The notes below the pieces were generated by a model. The model did no database searches and was not told where the DNA came from. It saw nothing but the letters and a program-made list of their open reading frames with translations. A DNA stretch of 64,000 bases from Octopus sinensis (Eukaryota): the NCBI RefSeq assembly GCF_006345805.1, contig NC_043016.1:9858001-9922000 (forward strand). Direction: 5' to 3'. This document shows, piece by piece, positions 1 through 12,791 of the stretch (positions are counted from its first letter, which is position 1; every line of letters starts with the position of its first letter). The translations under genes and the position numbers were made by a program.

Positions 1-377
1 AACATTCCAACACTCCAAATGTAAAAACACAATCATTTATGTATTTTTTTTTTTTTTATAATAGTAAATTTTCAGTAGTTAGTATGTACTTCCTACAACT
101 ATCACGCACTTTAATAATAAGCTAATCCTTTTCTGAACATAAATTTCTACGCAGTTTATTTAAAAATTTTTTTTTTACTTCCGTTTTTGCAGTAAATGGA
201 AGACAAAACTTCTTTCAGATAAGATATTAATTTCTTATAGGTAGCTTATTTATGAGCAACTTGCGAAAAACACTAATACAACATTTTTTTTTTTTATGTC
301 ATAAATATTTAAAAACATTGAGAGAACATAAAATCGTTTTTAGCAGTTGAAATCTTAAGTAGAAAACCTATTAATTG

Positions 378-541
378 GTTCTGAGTTCAAATTCCGCCGA
401 GGTCAACTTTGTCTTTCATCCTTTCAGGGTCGATTAAATAGGTACCAGTTATGCACTGGGGTTGATGTAATCGACTTAATCCATTTGTCTGTCCTTGTTT
501 GTCTCCTCTGTGTGTAGCCCCTTGTGGGCAGTAAAGAAATT
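378..541 (+). mobile_element. SINE family B, 5'-truncated, with target-site duplication
   Basis: gttctgagttcaaattccgccgaggtc...tttcatcctttcagggtcga...gtaaagaaat, flanked by gaaaacctattaa(t/c)tgg at about 362-378 and 543-559. Confidence 0.8.
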
Positions 542-1009
542 GGAAAACCTATTAACTGGGGTTCGTTATCAAATTTTGTCGTTAAAATTTATCAATAAAT
601 TGATTATACCTCTACACTGCTCAAAATAATTTAAACAATTTTTTTTTAATACAATTCCTAATATTTAAAAATGTATAAATAAATATTTTTAAACATCGAA
701 TGGCTGTGAAGGCCCACAAGGGTAAAATAGAAACCATGGAGTCCATAGGAAAAAAATGGTTGGGAATCACTGCTGTAAATCTTTTATCCTTTACTTGTTT
801 GTCATTGAACTGCAGTCATGCTGGAGCACCACCTGGAAGAATTTATAGTTGAATGTATTGACCCAAATACTTTTTATAAGCCTGTTATTCCATCGGTCTC
901 TTTTCCCGAACTGCTAAGTTGCAGGGACATAAACGCACCAGCACTGGTTGTCAAGCAGTGGTGGTGGACACACACACACGTGTGTGTGTATATATATATG
1001 TATATATAT

Positions 1010-1180
1010 CATCATCGTTTAACATCTACTTTCCATGCTAGCATGGGTTGGACTATTTGATTGTGGTCTGGTGAACCTGATGGCTGCACCAGACTCCATT
1101 CTGATCTGACAGTTTCTACAGCTGGATGCCCTTCCTAACGCCAACCACTCCGAGAGTGTAGTGGGTGCTTTTTACGTGCC
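1010..1180 (-). mobile_element. RTE-type 3' tail element (family C)
   Basis: catcatcgtttaac...ccatgctagcatgggttgg...ggatgcccttcctaacgccaacc, which recurs at about 20415, 30125, 50786 and 61690; (GAT)n tail on the minus strand. Confidence 0.7.
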
Positions 1181-1186
1181 ACACAC

Positions 1187-1240
<54 letters not shown>

Positions 1241-1399
1241 ACAGGCCTCTTTGTTTCCATCTACCTCTGCACTGCTGAGGGTAATGTCTTGGTGTATACT
1301 GTAACACTCAAACATTCCAGCTGTGACCATCCTACCTTTTTCTATTATTCAGTGTGTTCGTTCTTTGATGGTGGGGTGTAATTTGAGGGAGATTTGGCT

Positions 1400-1825
1400 T
1401 GTATTTCTAGCTTCGAAATACAGTTGGCATCAATTTTTGTGAGCTCAATAAAGCATTTGAATGGAAATTCCCATAACGATGTTATTTTTCCTGCAGCTTT
1501 TGCATTGTTTGTCTGATTTTGATGAAAATCGATGAATGAGCGAGGCTCATGGCAGTGAGTTGATGTCAGTATACGGCTGCACCATTGAACATGTCATTGG
1601 CTGCAAAAACTCCGTTCTGTCAACAAAATTCCATTGTCTGCTCTGACCATTTTTCCTCCAGCCTGCCACACATCTACATCTTCTCTTCCTGCAACAGTAT
1701 GCCGAACCAGATATAGCTGCTTAATGGCTAATAGTTGGCACGGGGAACGTAAATTTCAATACAAGGTCAGAAGTGGGCTTAACTTTAGCATGGAAAACAC
1801 GAACAATGCCGGGTCCAACTGCTAG
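1400..1825 (+). mobile_element. Helitron-like fragment (3' end); 5' boundary uncertain
   Basis: Ends aacaatgccgggtccaactgCTAG|T (1822-1826), resembling the 3' ends of the Helitrons at 56389 and 60090. Confidence 0.5.
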
Positions 1826-2394
1826 TTTAACCTATTCCTGTTATAACATGAATATAGTGTGACGGGGTTAAAGCTTAGAATTCTTTCCTTTACACCTTAT
1901 TGAAAGTAAGTTTTATTATGTTAATGAACTTTTTCTCATTATGGGTTTAATTCCAATTGATCAAAAATGTTTTTTTAGGCTCACCAGATGAATTATTGTA
2001 GCTTGTTAGTCCACACTGAACTGCACCATACTATGGTACCTACTAAATAGGTTGATGCTAGTGAGTCCTAAGGCATTACCTATCGAGCAGGCCTGTGATG
2101 AAAGCTGATCATCCCATTTCTTTCTACAGGATTACAGGCGAGAGTTTGACATGGTACATAGAACTAAATACCATACTCTTGTGTCTACTTAGTGTCATGT
2201 GGATAGGGTGGGTGAGAATTAAAATATCTGGGCCGTAGGAGCATATTCTGAGAATTTTACCATAATGTAGTACTTGTTTATGACTGAATTGGACAACATG
2301 ATTCGTGGGACATATGGCTGGCTGTATCTAACAGGGTTGTACTGGTGAGAATTTAAGGTTATGGGTGCAACAGAATATTGTAGGACATTAGAGA

Positions 2395-2795
2395 TATGCT
2401 GTGCTTGAGAAGACCTGTCAAACCAAGTGAAATTATAGCTGTAGCGAAAGCCAGTGCCGTCTGACTGGCATCTGTGCTGGTGGAACATAAAAAGCACCAT
2501 TGGGCCTCACAGAGGTGGTGACAGGTGACTGAGACCTTTGGTGACATACCAAGCTTGTGTAGACCTGTCAAGCCAAATGAGATCACAGTCTTGTGGCTGA
2601 TGCCAGTGTTACGTGTCAGTACATGTCGGTGGCACATATAAAGCACCCACCACACTCTTGGAGTGGTTGGTGTTAGGAAGGGCATCCAGCCATATAAACC
2701 ATGCGAAATCAGATTGGAACCTGGTGCAGTTCCCAGGCTTACCAGTTTTCAGTCAAACTGTCCAACCCATGCCAGAATGGAAAGCGGATGTTAAA
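2395..2795 (+). mobile_element. RTE LINE 3' UTR fragment (family C, sense)
   Basis: gtgcttgagaagacctgtcaaaccaagtgaaat...gttaggaagggcatccagcc...ccaacccatgccagaatggaaagcggatgttaaa; same layout as 60600-60868. Confidence 0.65.
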
Positions 2796-2998
2796 AGTTG
2801 TAGTTGGTTGCCCTATGACCTCAAAATTTAGTAACAATTATTATGTAATTATAACAATGACTGTACCAACATTGGAAACTGAGTCATTGGTTCCTCTCTT
2901 AAACTCTGCAGCTATTATAGGCCTGCTCCGTTAAAAAATCCTAAAAAATAAAACATAAAAGAACCAACAAAAAATATAGTAGTTTGAGTGATTAAACA

Positions 2999-3597
2999 AT
3001 ATATGTATATATATATATATGTGTGTATGTATATATGTGTGTATGTATATATGTGTGTATGTATATATGTGTGTATGTATATATGTGTGTATGTATATAT
3101 GTGTGTATGTATATATGTGTGTATGTATATATGTGTGTATGTATATATGTGTGTATGTATATATGTGTGTATGTATATATGTGTGTATGTATATATGTGT
3201 GTATGTATATATGTGTGTATGTATATATGTGTGTATGTATATATGTGTGTATGTATATATGTGTGTATGTATATGTGTGTATGTATATGTGTGTATGTAT
3301 ATATGTGTGTATGTATAATGTGTGTATGTATATGTGTGTATGTATATGTGGTATGTATTATTGTGTATGTATATATAGGTGTGTATGTATATATGTGTGT
3401 ATGTATATATGTGTGTATGTATATATGTGTGTATGTATATATGTGTGTATGTATATATGTGTGTATGTATGTGTATGTATGTATGTGTATGTATGTGTAT
3501 GTATGTATGTGTATGTATGTATGTGTATGTATATATGTGTATGTATATATGTGTATGTATATATGTGTATGTATATGTGTATGTATATATGTGTATG

Positions 3598-3643
<46 letters not shown>

Positions 3644-4222
3644 TGTATGTATATATATATGTGTATGTATATATATATGTGTATGTATGTGTATGTATAT
3701 ATATATGTGTATGTATGTGTATGTATATATATATGTGTATGTATGTGTATGTATATGTATATGTGTGTATGTATGTGTATGTATATGTGTGTATGTATGT
3801 ATATGTATATGTGTGTATGTATGTGTATGTATATATATATGTGTGTATGTATGTGTATGTATATATATGTGTGTATGTATGTGTATGTATATATATATGT
3901 GTGTATGTATGTGTATGTATATATATATGTGTGTATGTATGTGTATGTATATATATATGTGTGTATATATATGCATGTATGTGTGTATATATATGCATGT
4001 ATGTGTGTATATATATGCATGTATGTGTGTATATATATGCATGTATGTGTGTATATATATGCATGTATGTGTGTATATATATGCATGTATGTGTGTATAT
4101 ATATGCATGTAGGTGTATATATATGCATGTATGTGTGTATATATATGCATGTATGTGTGTATATATATGCATGTATGTGTGTATATATATGCATGTATGT
4201 GTGTATATATGTATGTATATTT
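2999..4222. repeat. Compound TA/TG micro/minisatellite, about 1.2 kb
   Basis: Seen directly: 16-nt unit gtgtgtatgtatatat at the left, 22-nt unit gtgtgtatatatatgcatgtat at the right. Confidence 0.97.
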
Positions 4223-4842
4223 ATGTTGATTTTGTAATTCCTTGCTAAGTGTCATCTCAAATTGCTTTGTTTAACATAGGGTTGAGCAATTAGGAACTGT
4301 AACATTATTCTGTCCTACCATTCCCTACTTTTCGTATTGTAACCCAGTAAAGGGCTTGGTGTGAGCTCTCTAAATTTTTTTTTTTTTCACGATGACTGTA
4401 CCTGCTGCCACAGATATTCAGCAAAGTGGGGGGGTGGGGTGGCTGTGAAAGCTGGTGGAATATGATGAATGGGGAAGTAAAAAAAAAAAAAAATCTGAGG
4501 AATGTAATCGGGGTTGAATAATAATGTCATCAATGTCACCAACATGATACTTTTTACAAATCAGTCTTACGATCATCATCATCATTATCATACTCGCATG
4601 CATGCATCCTGCCCCCACATGGGAAGAGGTGGCAGCATGGCTGTGTGGTTAATAATTTTGCTTTGTAATCACGCGTTTCTGAGTTCAATATCATTGCATA
4701 GCACATCTTTTGGCAAAATATCTTCTATCGTAGCTTCAAGGTGATCCTTGCTTGGATCATATGTAGATTATACCTGATCTTGAAGGGTACCTTCATTTTA
4801 TCTGTTTCTTGGGTTAACAATACCTATTTCTTTACAATACCT

Positions 4843-5072
4843 ATTTCTTTATTACCCACAAGGGGCTAAACACAGAGGACAAACAAGGACAGACAAACGG
4901 ATTAAGTCGACTATATCGATCCCAGTGCGTAACTGGTATTTAATTTATCAACCCCCAAAGGATGAAAGGCAAAGTCAACCTTGGCAGAATTTGAACTCAG
5001 ACCGTAGTGGCAGACGAAATACGGCTACGCATTTTGCCCGGCACATTAACGATTCTGCCAGCTCGCTGCCTT
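4843..5072 (-). mobile_element. SINE family B, near full length
   Basis: Reverse complement of aaggcagcgagctggcagaatcgtta...gagttcaaattctgccaagg...taataaagaaat. Confidence 0.85.
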
Positions 5073-5614
5073 AAACAATGCCATCTGGCCTATGGGTGTC
5101 TCTAGTGAGGTCTTCTTTTATAGATCGTTCTATGATTAATTGCTATTACATGCATCTGCACAGACACGTTTGTGTTGTTAAGAAGCTTTGTTTTGTTATC
5201 GCACAGCTTTTGGGAGTTAATCTTACCATGTACCATGTTTTGGCAAGTGTATTCTACCATTTTATCATCCTCAAATCCTAAACGTCTCAAGTCCTTATGA
5301 CTCATAAAGCTGGTTACCTACTTTCCACAGCGCATAGGTGACCGAGAGTGCAATATCCCTCACTGAACGAATATTTGTGAGTTGCAGGATTCAAGGCTTG
5401 CAAGTGTGTGTGGAGGGGGGACAAGTTGATTAAATCAACCCTAGTACATGACTGGTATGTTATTTTAACTCCTCCCATTACCTTTCTCTGCTGCCTCTGC
5501 CTACACTGTCACCACCACCTCATCCACCACCACTATAATTACCTCTATCATCATCACCTCTCCATCATTCCTGCTGTATTTGGAATTACTGGATTTGTAG
5601 ATCATACCTTGTTA

Positions 5615-6125
5615 TGGAGTAAAGATTATTTTCCAACACAACATGGTAGTCCTGCTCTTGGACGAATGTTGCTGTAATTTAGCTCCAGGAGACATTGTCT
5701 CCAGCTGGCTATATGGCATGATCTGTGTCCTTATATTTTTGAACAAGGGAATCTAGCACCCCAACTCAGCCCAAAACAATATTTGTGTATCATAATTTCT
5801 GGGTTATTTCTCTTCATCAGCTCAGAATAATTGTTCGACTAAAGGTGGCACTGCCTAATTCCCATTCGAAATATATAGTTTTCAAAGAGACAATTAGTCA
5901 TTGATCTATAAAATAGAAATTTACTATTTTTTAAAATCTCATGAGAGATATTCAGCAACAGTACTTTGGAGTAAAGATTATTTGCCAACATAACATGATA
6001 GTCCTGGTTTAGGACGAATGTTGCTGTAATTTAGCCCTAGGACTGCCATGCTATGTTGGCAAGTAATCTTTATTCCAAAGTACTGTTACTGAATTTCTCT
6101 CGTTGGGAGATTTACAAATAGTAAT
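5615..6125. mobile_element. Penelope-like terminal-repeat relic (direct plus inverted repeat)
   Basis: Direct repeat 5615-5690 vs 5967-6042; inverted repeat about 5921-6006 vs 6037-6125; degenerate CTGATGA...GAAA motif on the minus strand at 5781-5828. Confidence 0.55.
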
Positions 6126-6191
6126 ACATATTCATATTAGCCCTTTTGTTACCTACCATGTATCTGTAGAAATAAACTTTGTTCCAATCTG

Positions 6192-6520
6192 TGGAGGTGC
6201 ATCACTCAGTGGTTAGAATGTCGGATACACAATCATGAAGTAACGAGTTCGATTCCTGGACCAAGCTGTGTGTTGTGTTCTTGAGCAAGACACTTTATTT
6301 CACGTTGCTCCAGTTCACTCAGCTGTAGAAATGAGTTGCAATGTAACTGGTGTCAAACTGTACTGGCCCCTTTGCCTTTCCCTTGGATAACATTGGTGAC
6401 ACGGAGAGAGGAGGCTGGTATGAATGGACGACTGCTTGTCTTCCACAAACGACCTTGTCTAGTATTATGCCTTGGAGGGGAACTTTCTAGATGCAAGTCC
6501 ATGACTGAAGGGGATCTTTA
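6192..6520 (+). mobile_element. tRNA-derived SINE family D
   Basis: A-box-like ctcagtggttag, B-box gagttcgattcc, then ttgtgttcttgagcaagacactttatttcacgttgctccag; related copies at about 28897, 29477 and 59445. Confidence 0.75.
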
Positions 6521-7628
6521 TCCTTGTCTCAATCTAATTTTATAAATAATAAAGAATTTAATTAAAGGTTTTTGTCACTATCAATCTTGTGGTTAGGACA
6601 TGTTATAGATAATACCTTGAAAAAGATGCTGCTTTTCCACTCACCAAAGTGAATGGAGCTTTGGCCAGGAGGAACTGATGTCATCAGAGAGTATCCAGTG
6701 GTCATCAGGTATTTTGATTCTGAACTGTAACACCCTCCTATTTGTGAGTCAGCAGAGATGGCCTAATCATATGAACCGACATGAAATTTTGAAGGAGGGT
6801 TTTAATTTAGTTTACTTTAAAACCCGGATGTTTGTACGATAGGCTGGTCTGAAGTGGGTTAGTCAAACTTTCAGTTTTATACCAGTCATAAATAAATATG
6901 ATAGATCTGTTCAGTCATAGCTGACCACAAATTGTAGGTGTGTGTGAATGTGTGTGTGTGTGTGGGGGGGGGGAGAACTACACATGGCCAGTAGCAGCAG
7001 CAGTGGTGAAGCTGTGAGAGATTAGGATTTAAAAAAAAAAAAATTTTCCCCCCGTCACTTAGTGGTTCGGCAAAAGAGACCGATAGAATAAGTACTGGGC
7101 TTACAAAAGAATAAGTCCCGGGGTCGATTTGCTCGACTAAAGGCGGTGCTCCAGCATGGCCGCAGTCAAATGACTGAAACAAGTAAAAGAATAAAAGAAA
7201 AGAAAAGAAAAAAACTCATTTGTGTTACATCACTCATGCATGTTAATACTACACATCCGCTGGAGCGTGCTGGCCTTGTTTGTTTTCAGCATTCACACAT
7301 CATCTGTCTGCATTCAATAGTCATGTCAAGCCACCATGCAACATCGCTTTTTGCATGCAAGTATTATACAATCTGCTTCCAGAGTTGGTGGTGGTGGTGG
7401 TGTGGATGGAGAAGGGAGACAAGAAAAAAAATCACCTTTGTTAGCAACAAAGGTGATAATGGCTGCCTAAGCATTTTGTTTTCTTTTTTCAACCACCCAC
7501 CCCTACCGCCCCCACTCCATTCATATTCTGGTCCGCTATGATTCTCAAGCACCACCTCACTCCACTGCTAATTGGATACACACCAACTGTTAACAATATA
7601 TAGGAAAACTGATATCTATATAGATATA

Positions 7629-8067
7629 TCTCTCTGTCTGTCTCTCTCTCTGTCACCCTCTCTCTTTCTCTGTCACTCTCTCTCTCTCTCTGTCACTCTC
7701 TCTCTCTCTATGTCACTCTCTCTCTTTCTGTGTCACTCTCTCTCTTTCTGTGTCACTCTCTCTCTGTCACTCTCTCTGTCACTCTCTCTCTGTCACTCTC
7801 TCTCTGTCACTCTCTCTCTGTCACTCTCTCTCTCTGTCACTCACTCTCTCTCTCTGTCACTCACTCTCTCTCTCTGTCACTCTCACTCTCTCTCTCTCTT
7901 GTCACTCTCACTCTCTCTCTCTGTCACTCTCACTCTCTCTCTCTGTCACTCTCACTCTCTCTCTCTGTCACTGTCACTCTCTCTCTCTGTCACTCTCTCT
8001 CTCTCTCTCTCGCTGTCACTCTCTCTGTCTCTCTCTCTGTCACTCTCTCTCTCTCTGTCACTCTCTA
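7629..8067. repeat. (TC)n/TGTCAC compound microsatellite
   Basis: Repeated tctctctctgtcac units. Confidence 0.95.
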
Positions 8068-8086
8068 TCTATTTGTGGTGTGTGTG

Positions 8087-8119
<33 letters not shown>

Positions 8120-8316
8120 CTTGTTTCAGTCATTTGACTGTGGCCATGCTAGAGCACTGCCTTGAATTTTTAATCAAAATGAATCGACCCACAGTATTTA
8201 TTTTTTAAGCCTGGTATTCTGTCACTCTTTTGTCAAATTGCTACGTTATTGGGACATAGACACCAACACAAGTTGTCAAGCAGTAACTGGGACCCTCACA
8301 CACACACACACACACA

Positions 8317-8357
<41 letters not shown>

Positions 8358-8452
8358 ATCCTCATCATCGTTTAATGTCCTCTTTCCATGCTAGCAAGGG
8401 TTGGATGATCTGACTGAAGACTGGCGAATCAGATGGCTGCACCAGGCTGCAA

Positions 8453-8502
<50 letters not shown>

Positions 8503-9070
8503 CTTTCTTAGCTTATCTGCTTCAAGATACCCAAACCAAATCGAAAAACAGAATAGCACGTAAATATTGGCTTGGAAACCCTTGAAATGGAAAAAGTTGA
8601 AGACTGCCCACCCAGGGCATGTACCCACACCTGTAAATATATATTAATATCAGCAAATGCACACACACATACACGTGTGTGTGTGTGTGTAAGGCTTTTC
8701 TTGTATATTGTGTTTCTGACCTACATCCTCTTTTATTATTACAATGATGGGTGGGGGGTTTCTGTGTTAACTCAGCAGCTCCCACTGTTGCTATAAATGG
8801 AGAGGAAAAGGAAGAGGAGGAGGAGTATAGTGTTGTTTACTCTTTGTTTAGTGAAATTGACTTACCAAAAAGGAAATTTGAAGAAGCAAGGAACAAGAAA
8901 CTATTTACCTCGTTTCCCCCCACCCTTTCCAGTTTTTAACTTCTGTGACCAGTGAAGCATAGATCTGTGCATGTGACTCTGGGTTTCTTTTATCTCAAAG
9001 AAATGGGTGTTTGTGTAAACTGGTATATGGACACTTACATGCAAGCCTGCATTTATGTGTATTAGCTTGT

Positions 9071-9123
<53 letters not shown>

Positions 9124-9132
9124 TGCACATGT

Positions 9133-9320
9133 AACTCCTACACGCATTTTTTTCTCTCCTTGTTTTTTTTCTGTGTATCTTTCTGTCGAAGAGCGTAGGC
9201 TCGAAACGTAAAAGACTTTTTCTATTTCTATTCCTGAGCGCTATACTAATATATTTGTTTGTTTGTACTCCACCTGCCTTTGTCTTTTGTTTATTTTCGT
9301 AAACCTTTCTGTTAAATATA
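9133..9320 (+). mobile_element. Short non-coding PLE-type element with a hammerhead-like motif
   Basis: Closely similar to 62815-62985 (minus); contains tctttCTGTCGAaGAGCgtagGCTCGAAACGTAaaaga; sits between (CA)n and (TA)n tracts. Confidence 0.7.
9178..9215 (+). ncRNA. Minimal type I hammerhead ribozyme-like motif (variant core CUGUCGA)
   Basis: Stem I tcttt/aaaga, stem II GAGC/GCTC, GAAA, palindromic ACGU stem III, putative GUA cleavage triplet. Confidence 0.55.
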
Positions 9321-9855
9321 TATATATATATTTATATTGTGGGTATTGGAAAGTTCAGTACCTTACAATATGATTGGGAAACTTTAGTTTGCTTTGTGCG
9401 TATATACAATTACACACATACATACATGAACGAACTTTTGAGAAATTTGCAGTTACTCTATCCAGTTTATATCTGTAGTTATTGGGGTCATGGGATATGT
9501 AACACACTGCCTAAATACCAATCTTGAGAAATAACTTCTCAAAATCAGAAAGCTAATTTGAAGATGACACATCCAATCCATCTCTGGCACTGTAAAAATC
9601 TGTAAAACTCTCCAGAAGTTTATCATTTAAATGTATATTAGCTTGTCTAGATATGTAACTATATACATGAGAATACATACATAAAACAAAACATATAAAT
9701 CTGCACATATACATACAAACAAAAATACTCTGTTGATGTTGAAATTTCCGTGAAGGACCCCTGAATCTAGGTTAGAAATTAGTTCTTTCTCTATTGGCAA
9801 GAAATCTTGAAATAAAACTGAATGATTACATACATACATTCATACATACACATAT

Positions 9856-10065
9856 AAAGTTAATCCAAACAAGAAAGCACAAAAAAACACAACACGAGGA
9901 CGTGGAACAAATATAGTATTATTGGACGCTCAGGAAAGAAGGAAAGAAAGAGGGTTTAACGTTTCGAGCGGAGCTCTTCGTCGGAAACATAGAAGGAAAG
10001 ATCCAGAGAAGGGAAGACAGAGGAAAAAAAATCGCCCACGGTACACACAAGGTCACATTTTGAAA
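9856..10065 (-). mobile_element. Second subfamily of short PLE-type element with a hammerhead-like motif
   Basis: Minus strand gtttCCGACGAaGAGCtccGCTCGAAACGTTaaac, followed by the ttcctgagcg motif shared with the 9133 element; ends at a TA/CA-rich tract. Confidence 0.65.
9954..9988 (-). ncRNA. Minimal type I hammerhead ribozyme-like motif (variant core CCGACGA)
   Basis: Stem I gttt/aaac, stem II GAGC/GCTC, GAAACGUU. Confidence 0.55.
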
Positions 10066-11599
10066 ACATATATACCTTGTTGATGTGGCTGAAATTCTGA
10101 TAAAGGTGCCTTGGATCTAGCTTAGAAACCATCTTGCAGAATGGCAAGAAATCTTGAATCAAAACTGAACAGTGACATACATATGTGTGCATGCATGCAC
10201 ATGTTTTTAAACCCCTTCTCAGTCAGGCTTGATGAAACAGATCTATGTTCCAAAGACTTTAGATATACTCTGCCTAAAGGAAACGTGAAGTGCTTCTGAT
10301 CATGAAAAAAAATCAGTTGAACAGGACTAATCGGGGACAAACGAGATAAATGATATTAATGATTACTGATTCTTAACATTGACCACAGTGCCACAAGATT
10401 TGTTATGGGAAGTTGTAGTTAGGGTTATGATTAATTACAATGATTAAACTAACACTTTAAAGATCAAAGGTAAAGCTAAGGTTGGTAGGATTTTCACTCC
10501 GAACACAGAGTATTCACAAAATATACTATAAGGCTCTTTGTTCTGATGCTTTATCAATCATAGCCAATCCAATCCTACTTATTACAATCTGAGTTCATAA
10601 CCTGCTCAAGTTGACTTCCTTGCCATATTTATCCTGGTCCTTTGTTTTAAGTACCCAGGTACTTATGTAAGCCCTTTGCTCCCTTAGGTGCATTGACCAT
10701 AGATGACTTTTCTGTACTGTTCTCGATTCTGGGGTGTCTTTTCTGCTTATCTCTTGTTGTTCTCTACTCTCTTTCTTCTTTTTTTCTTTTTTTTTTGTTC
10801 GTTTTAGCTCTGCTTTAACCCTTGAGCATTTCGGTAACTCTGTCAAATGTAATGCTTATTTATTCACATTATTTTGAATTGATCTTGCATTATCTTGTAG
10901 CTTTGAGATTTTAATGAAATATTTGTTTATATTTACGATGAAAGTCAGTGTCAATTCTGCTGAGGTTGACTTTGCCTTTCATCCTTTCGGGGTCGATAAA
11001 TTAAGTACCAGTGAAACACTGGGGTCGATGTAATTGACTAGCCCCTCCCCCAAAATTTCAGGCCTTGTGCCTATAGTAGAAAGGATCATTATTTTATACA
11101 GTTCCTAATGTTGTAAAATTAAGATTTTTTTAAAGCATCAAATAGCTATTGTGGTCTAGTATAGTAATATAACAAAGGGATCCATGACTGAGAACCTATA
11201 TTTTCTTTATGATCAATAAACCTGTAGAAATAGCAGCCAAATATCCCTCAGATAATACTCTACAATTTTAAAAACAGTACATTGGATGTAGTCCTCGATG
11301 CTTTGTGATAATTGTTGCAACTCAATACAGGTATCCCAGTACCCAAACAGTTCTGTAGTACCTGATTAGAGATGGGAATCAAGTTCTGTAAGCATATGAA
11401 CATTCTGAGCTTGTGCCAAACTGTATTGGGTCTTCTCTCAAACATTCAAGTGAAAAGAGGAGACCATCTTGCATAGACAACTACTAGGGTGAGTGCCTTC
11501 TAGGCTGACCAAAGCCTTGTGAGTGGATTTAGTAGACGGAAACTGAAAGAAGCTTGTGTGTGTGTGTATATATATGTTATGTGTGTTTATGTGTATATT

Positions 11600-11993
11600 C
11601 TCTTTACTCTTTTACTTGTTTCAGTCATTTGACTGCAGCCATGCTGGAGCACCACCTTTAGTCGAGTAAATTGACCCCAGGACTTATTCTTTGTTAGCCT
11701 AGTACTTATTCTATAGGTCTATTTTGCCGAACCACTAAATTACGGGGACGTAAACACACCAGCATCGGTTGTCAAGTGATGTTGGGGGGACAAACACAGA
11801 CACACACACACACACATACACACACACACACACATATGACGGGTTTCTTTCAGTTTCTGTCTACCAAATCCACTCACAAGGCTTTGGTCGGCGCGAGGCT
11901 ATAGTAGAAGACACTTGCCCAAGGTGCCACGCAGTGGGACTGAACCCGGAACCATGTGGCTGGTAAGCAATCTACTTACCACACAGCCACTCC
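11600..11993 (-). mobile_element. tRNA-derived SINE family A, full length
   Basis: Minus strand: A-box ggagtggctgtgtggtaag, B-box ggttcagtccc, gccttgtgagtggatttggtagac domain, internal (TG)n, 3' tail caaatgactgaaacaagtaaaagagt. Confidence 0.9.
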
Positions 11994-12751
11994 TTTATAT
12001 GTTTATATGTATTTCATGCTTTTGTCTCTGTTTGCCCCCCCAATCACTGCTTGACAACCAGTATTAGTGCTTATGTTCTTATAACCTGGCAGTTCAGCAA
12101 AAGGAGTGGATAGAATAAGTATCAGGCTTTGAAGTTCTAGAGTTGGTTCATTCTTTAAGGCAGTGCCCCAGCATGGCTACAGTCTAACTGAAACAAGTGA
12201 AAAATAAAACACACACACATAATTGCGTTTTCTGTAAACAGCCAATTGTGGTTCTTACATAATGTTGAAGGTTCTATTTTCAGTATCTCTATAGAAATTA
12301 TGTACACTAATGGAATTTATGCTTTTACACCCTCAGTTCTTTAAATCTGAAAACATATCACATTCCATTCTTTTATTATCTCATTTTTTGCTTTTGTGGT
12401 TTTATTTCATTTTGATTTTTGTTTCTATATAAAAGTCTTCTTTTCATGTGAGGAGAAACCGGTATACACCCATACATACTTATGCAACTATTCACACACA
12501 TCTGAACACATATGTATATATGTCCCTATATATATATATATACATACATTCACACACACAACATGTCCTTGTCCACATATAAACACAACCCTTGTAACCA
12601 ATTTACGTAGTCACATGCATTCATTTATGCATACCAAAATGTGATGTATCATATGCGCTTTTAAATCCCAAAACTAAAACCACACATATACAAGCATAAT
12701 GTAAACACTTGTATTACACATACAGACACATGTGCACGCACATAGGTATAT

Positions 12752-12789
<38 letters not shown>

Positions 12790-12791
<2 letters not shown>

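Noticed and set aside
2130-2153. Possible 24-nt micro-exon (tttctacag|DYRREFDM|gtacat)
   Set aside because: Good acceptor but weak donor, and no match to the SWAP70/DEF6 N-terminus as I recall it; indistinguishable from chance without RNA-seq.
2915-4255. Long H/T/Y/I and C/V/M/Y ORFs on both strands
   Set aside because: TA/TG microsatellite translations.
11769-11966. Recurrent short ORFs such as DGFLSVSVYQIHSQGFG...EDTCPRCHAVGLNPEPCGW, suggesting a peptide family
   Set aside because: They are antisense translations of SINE A.
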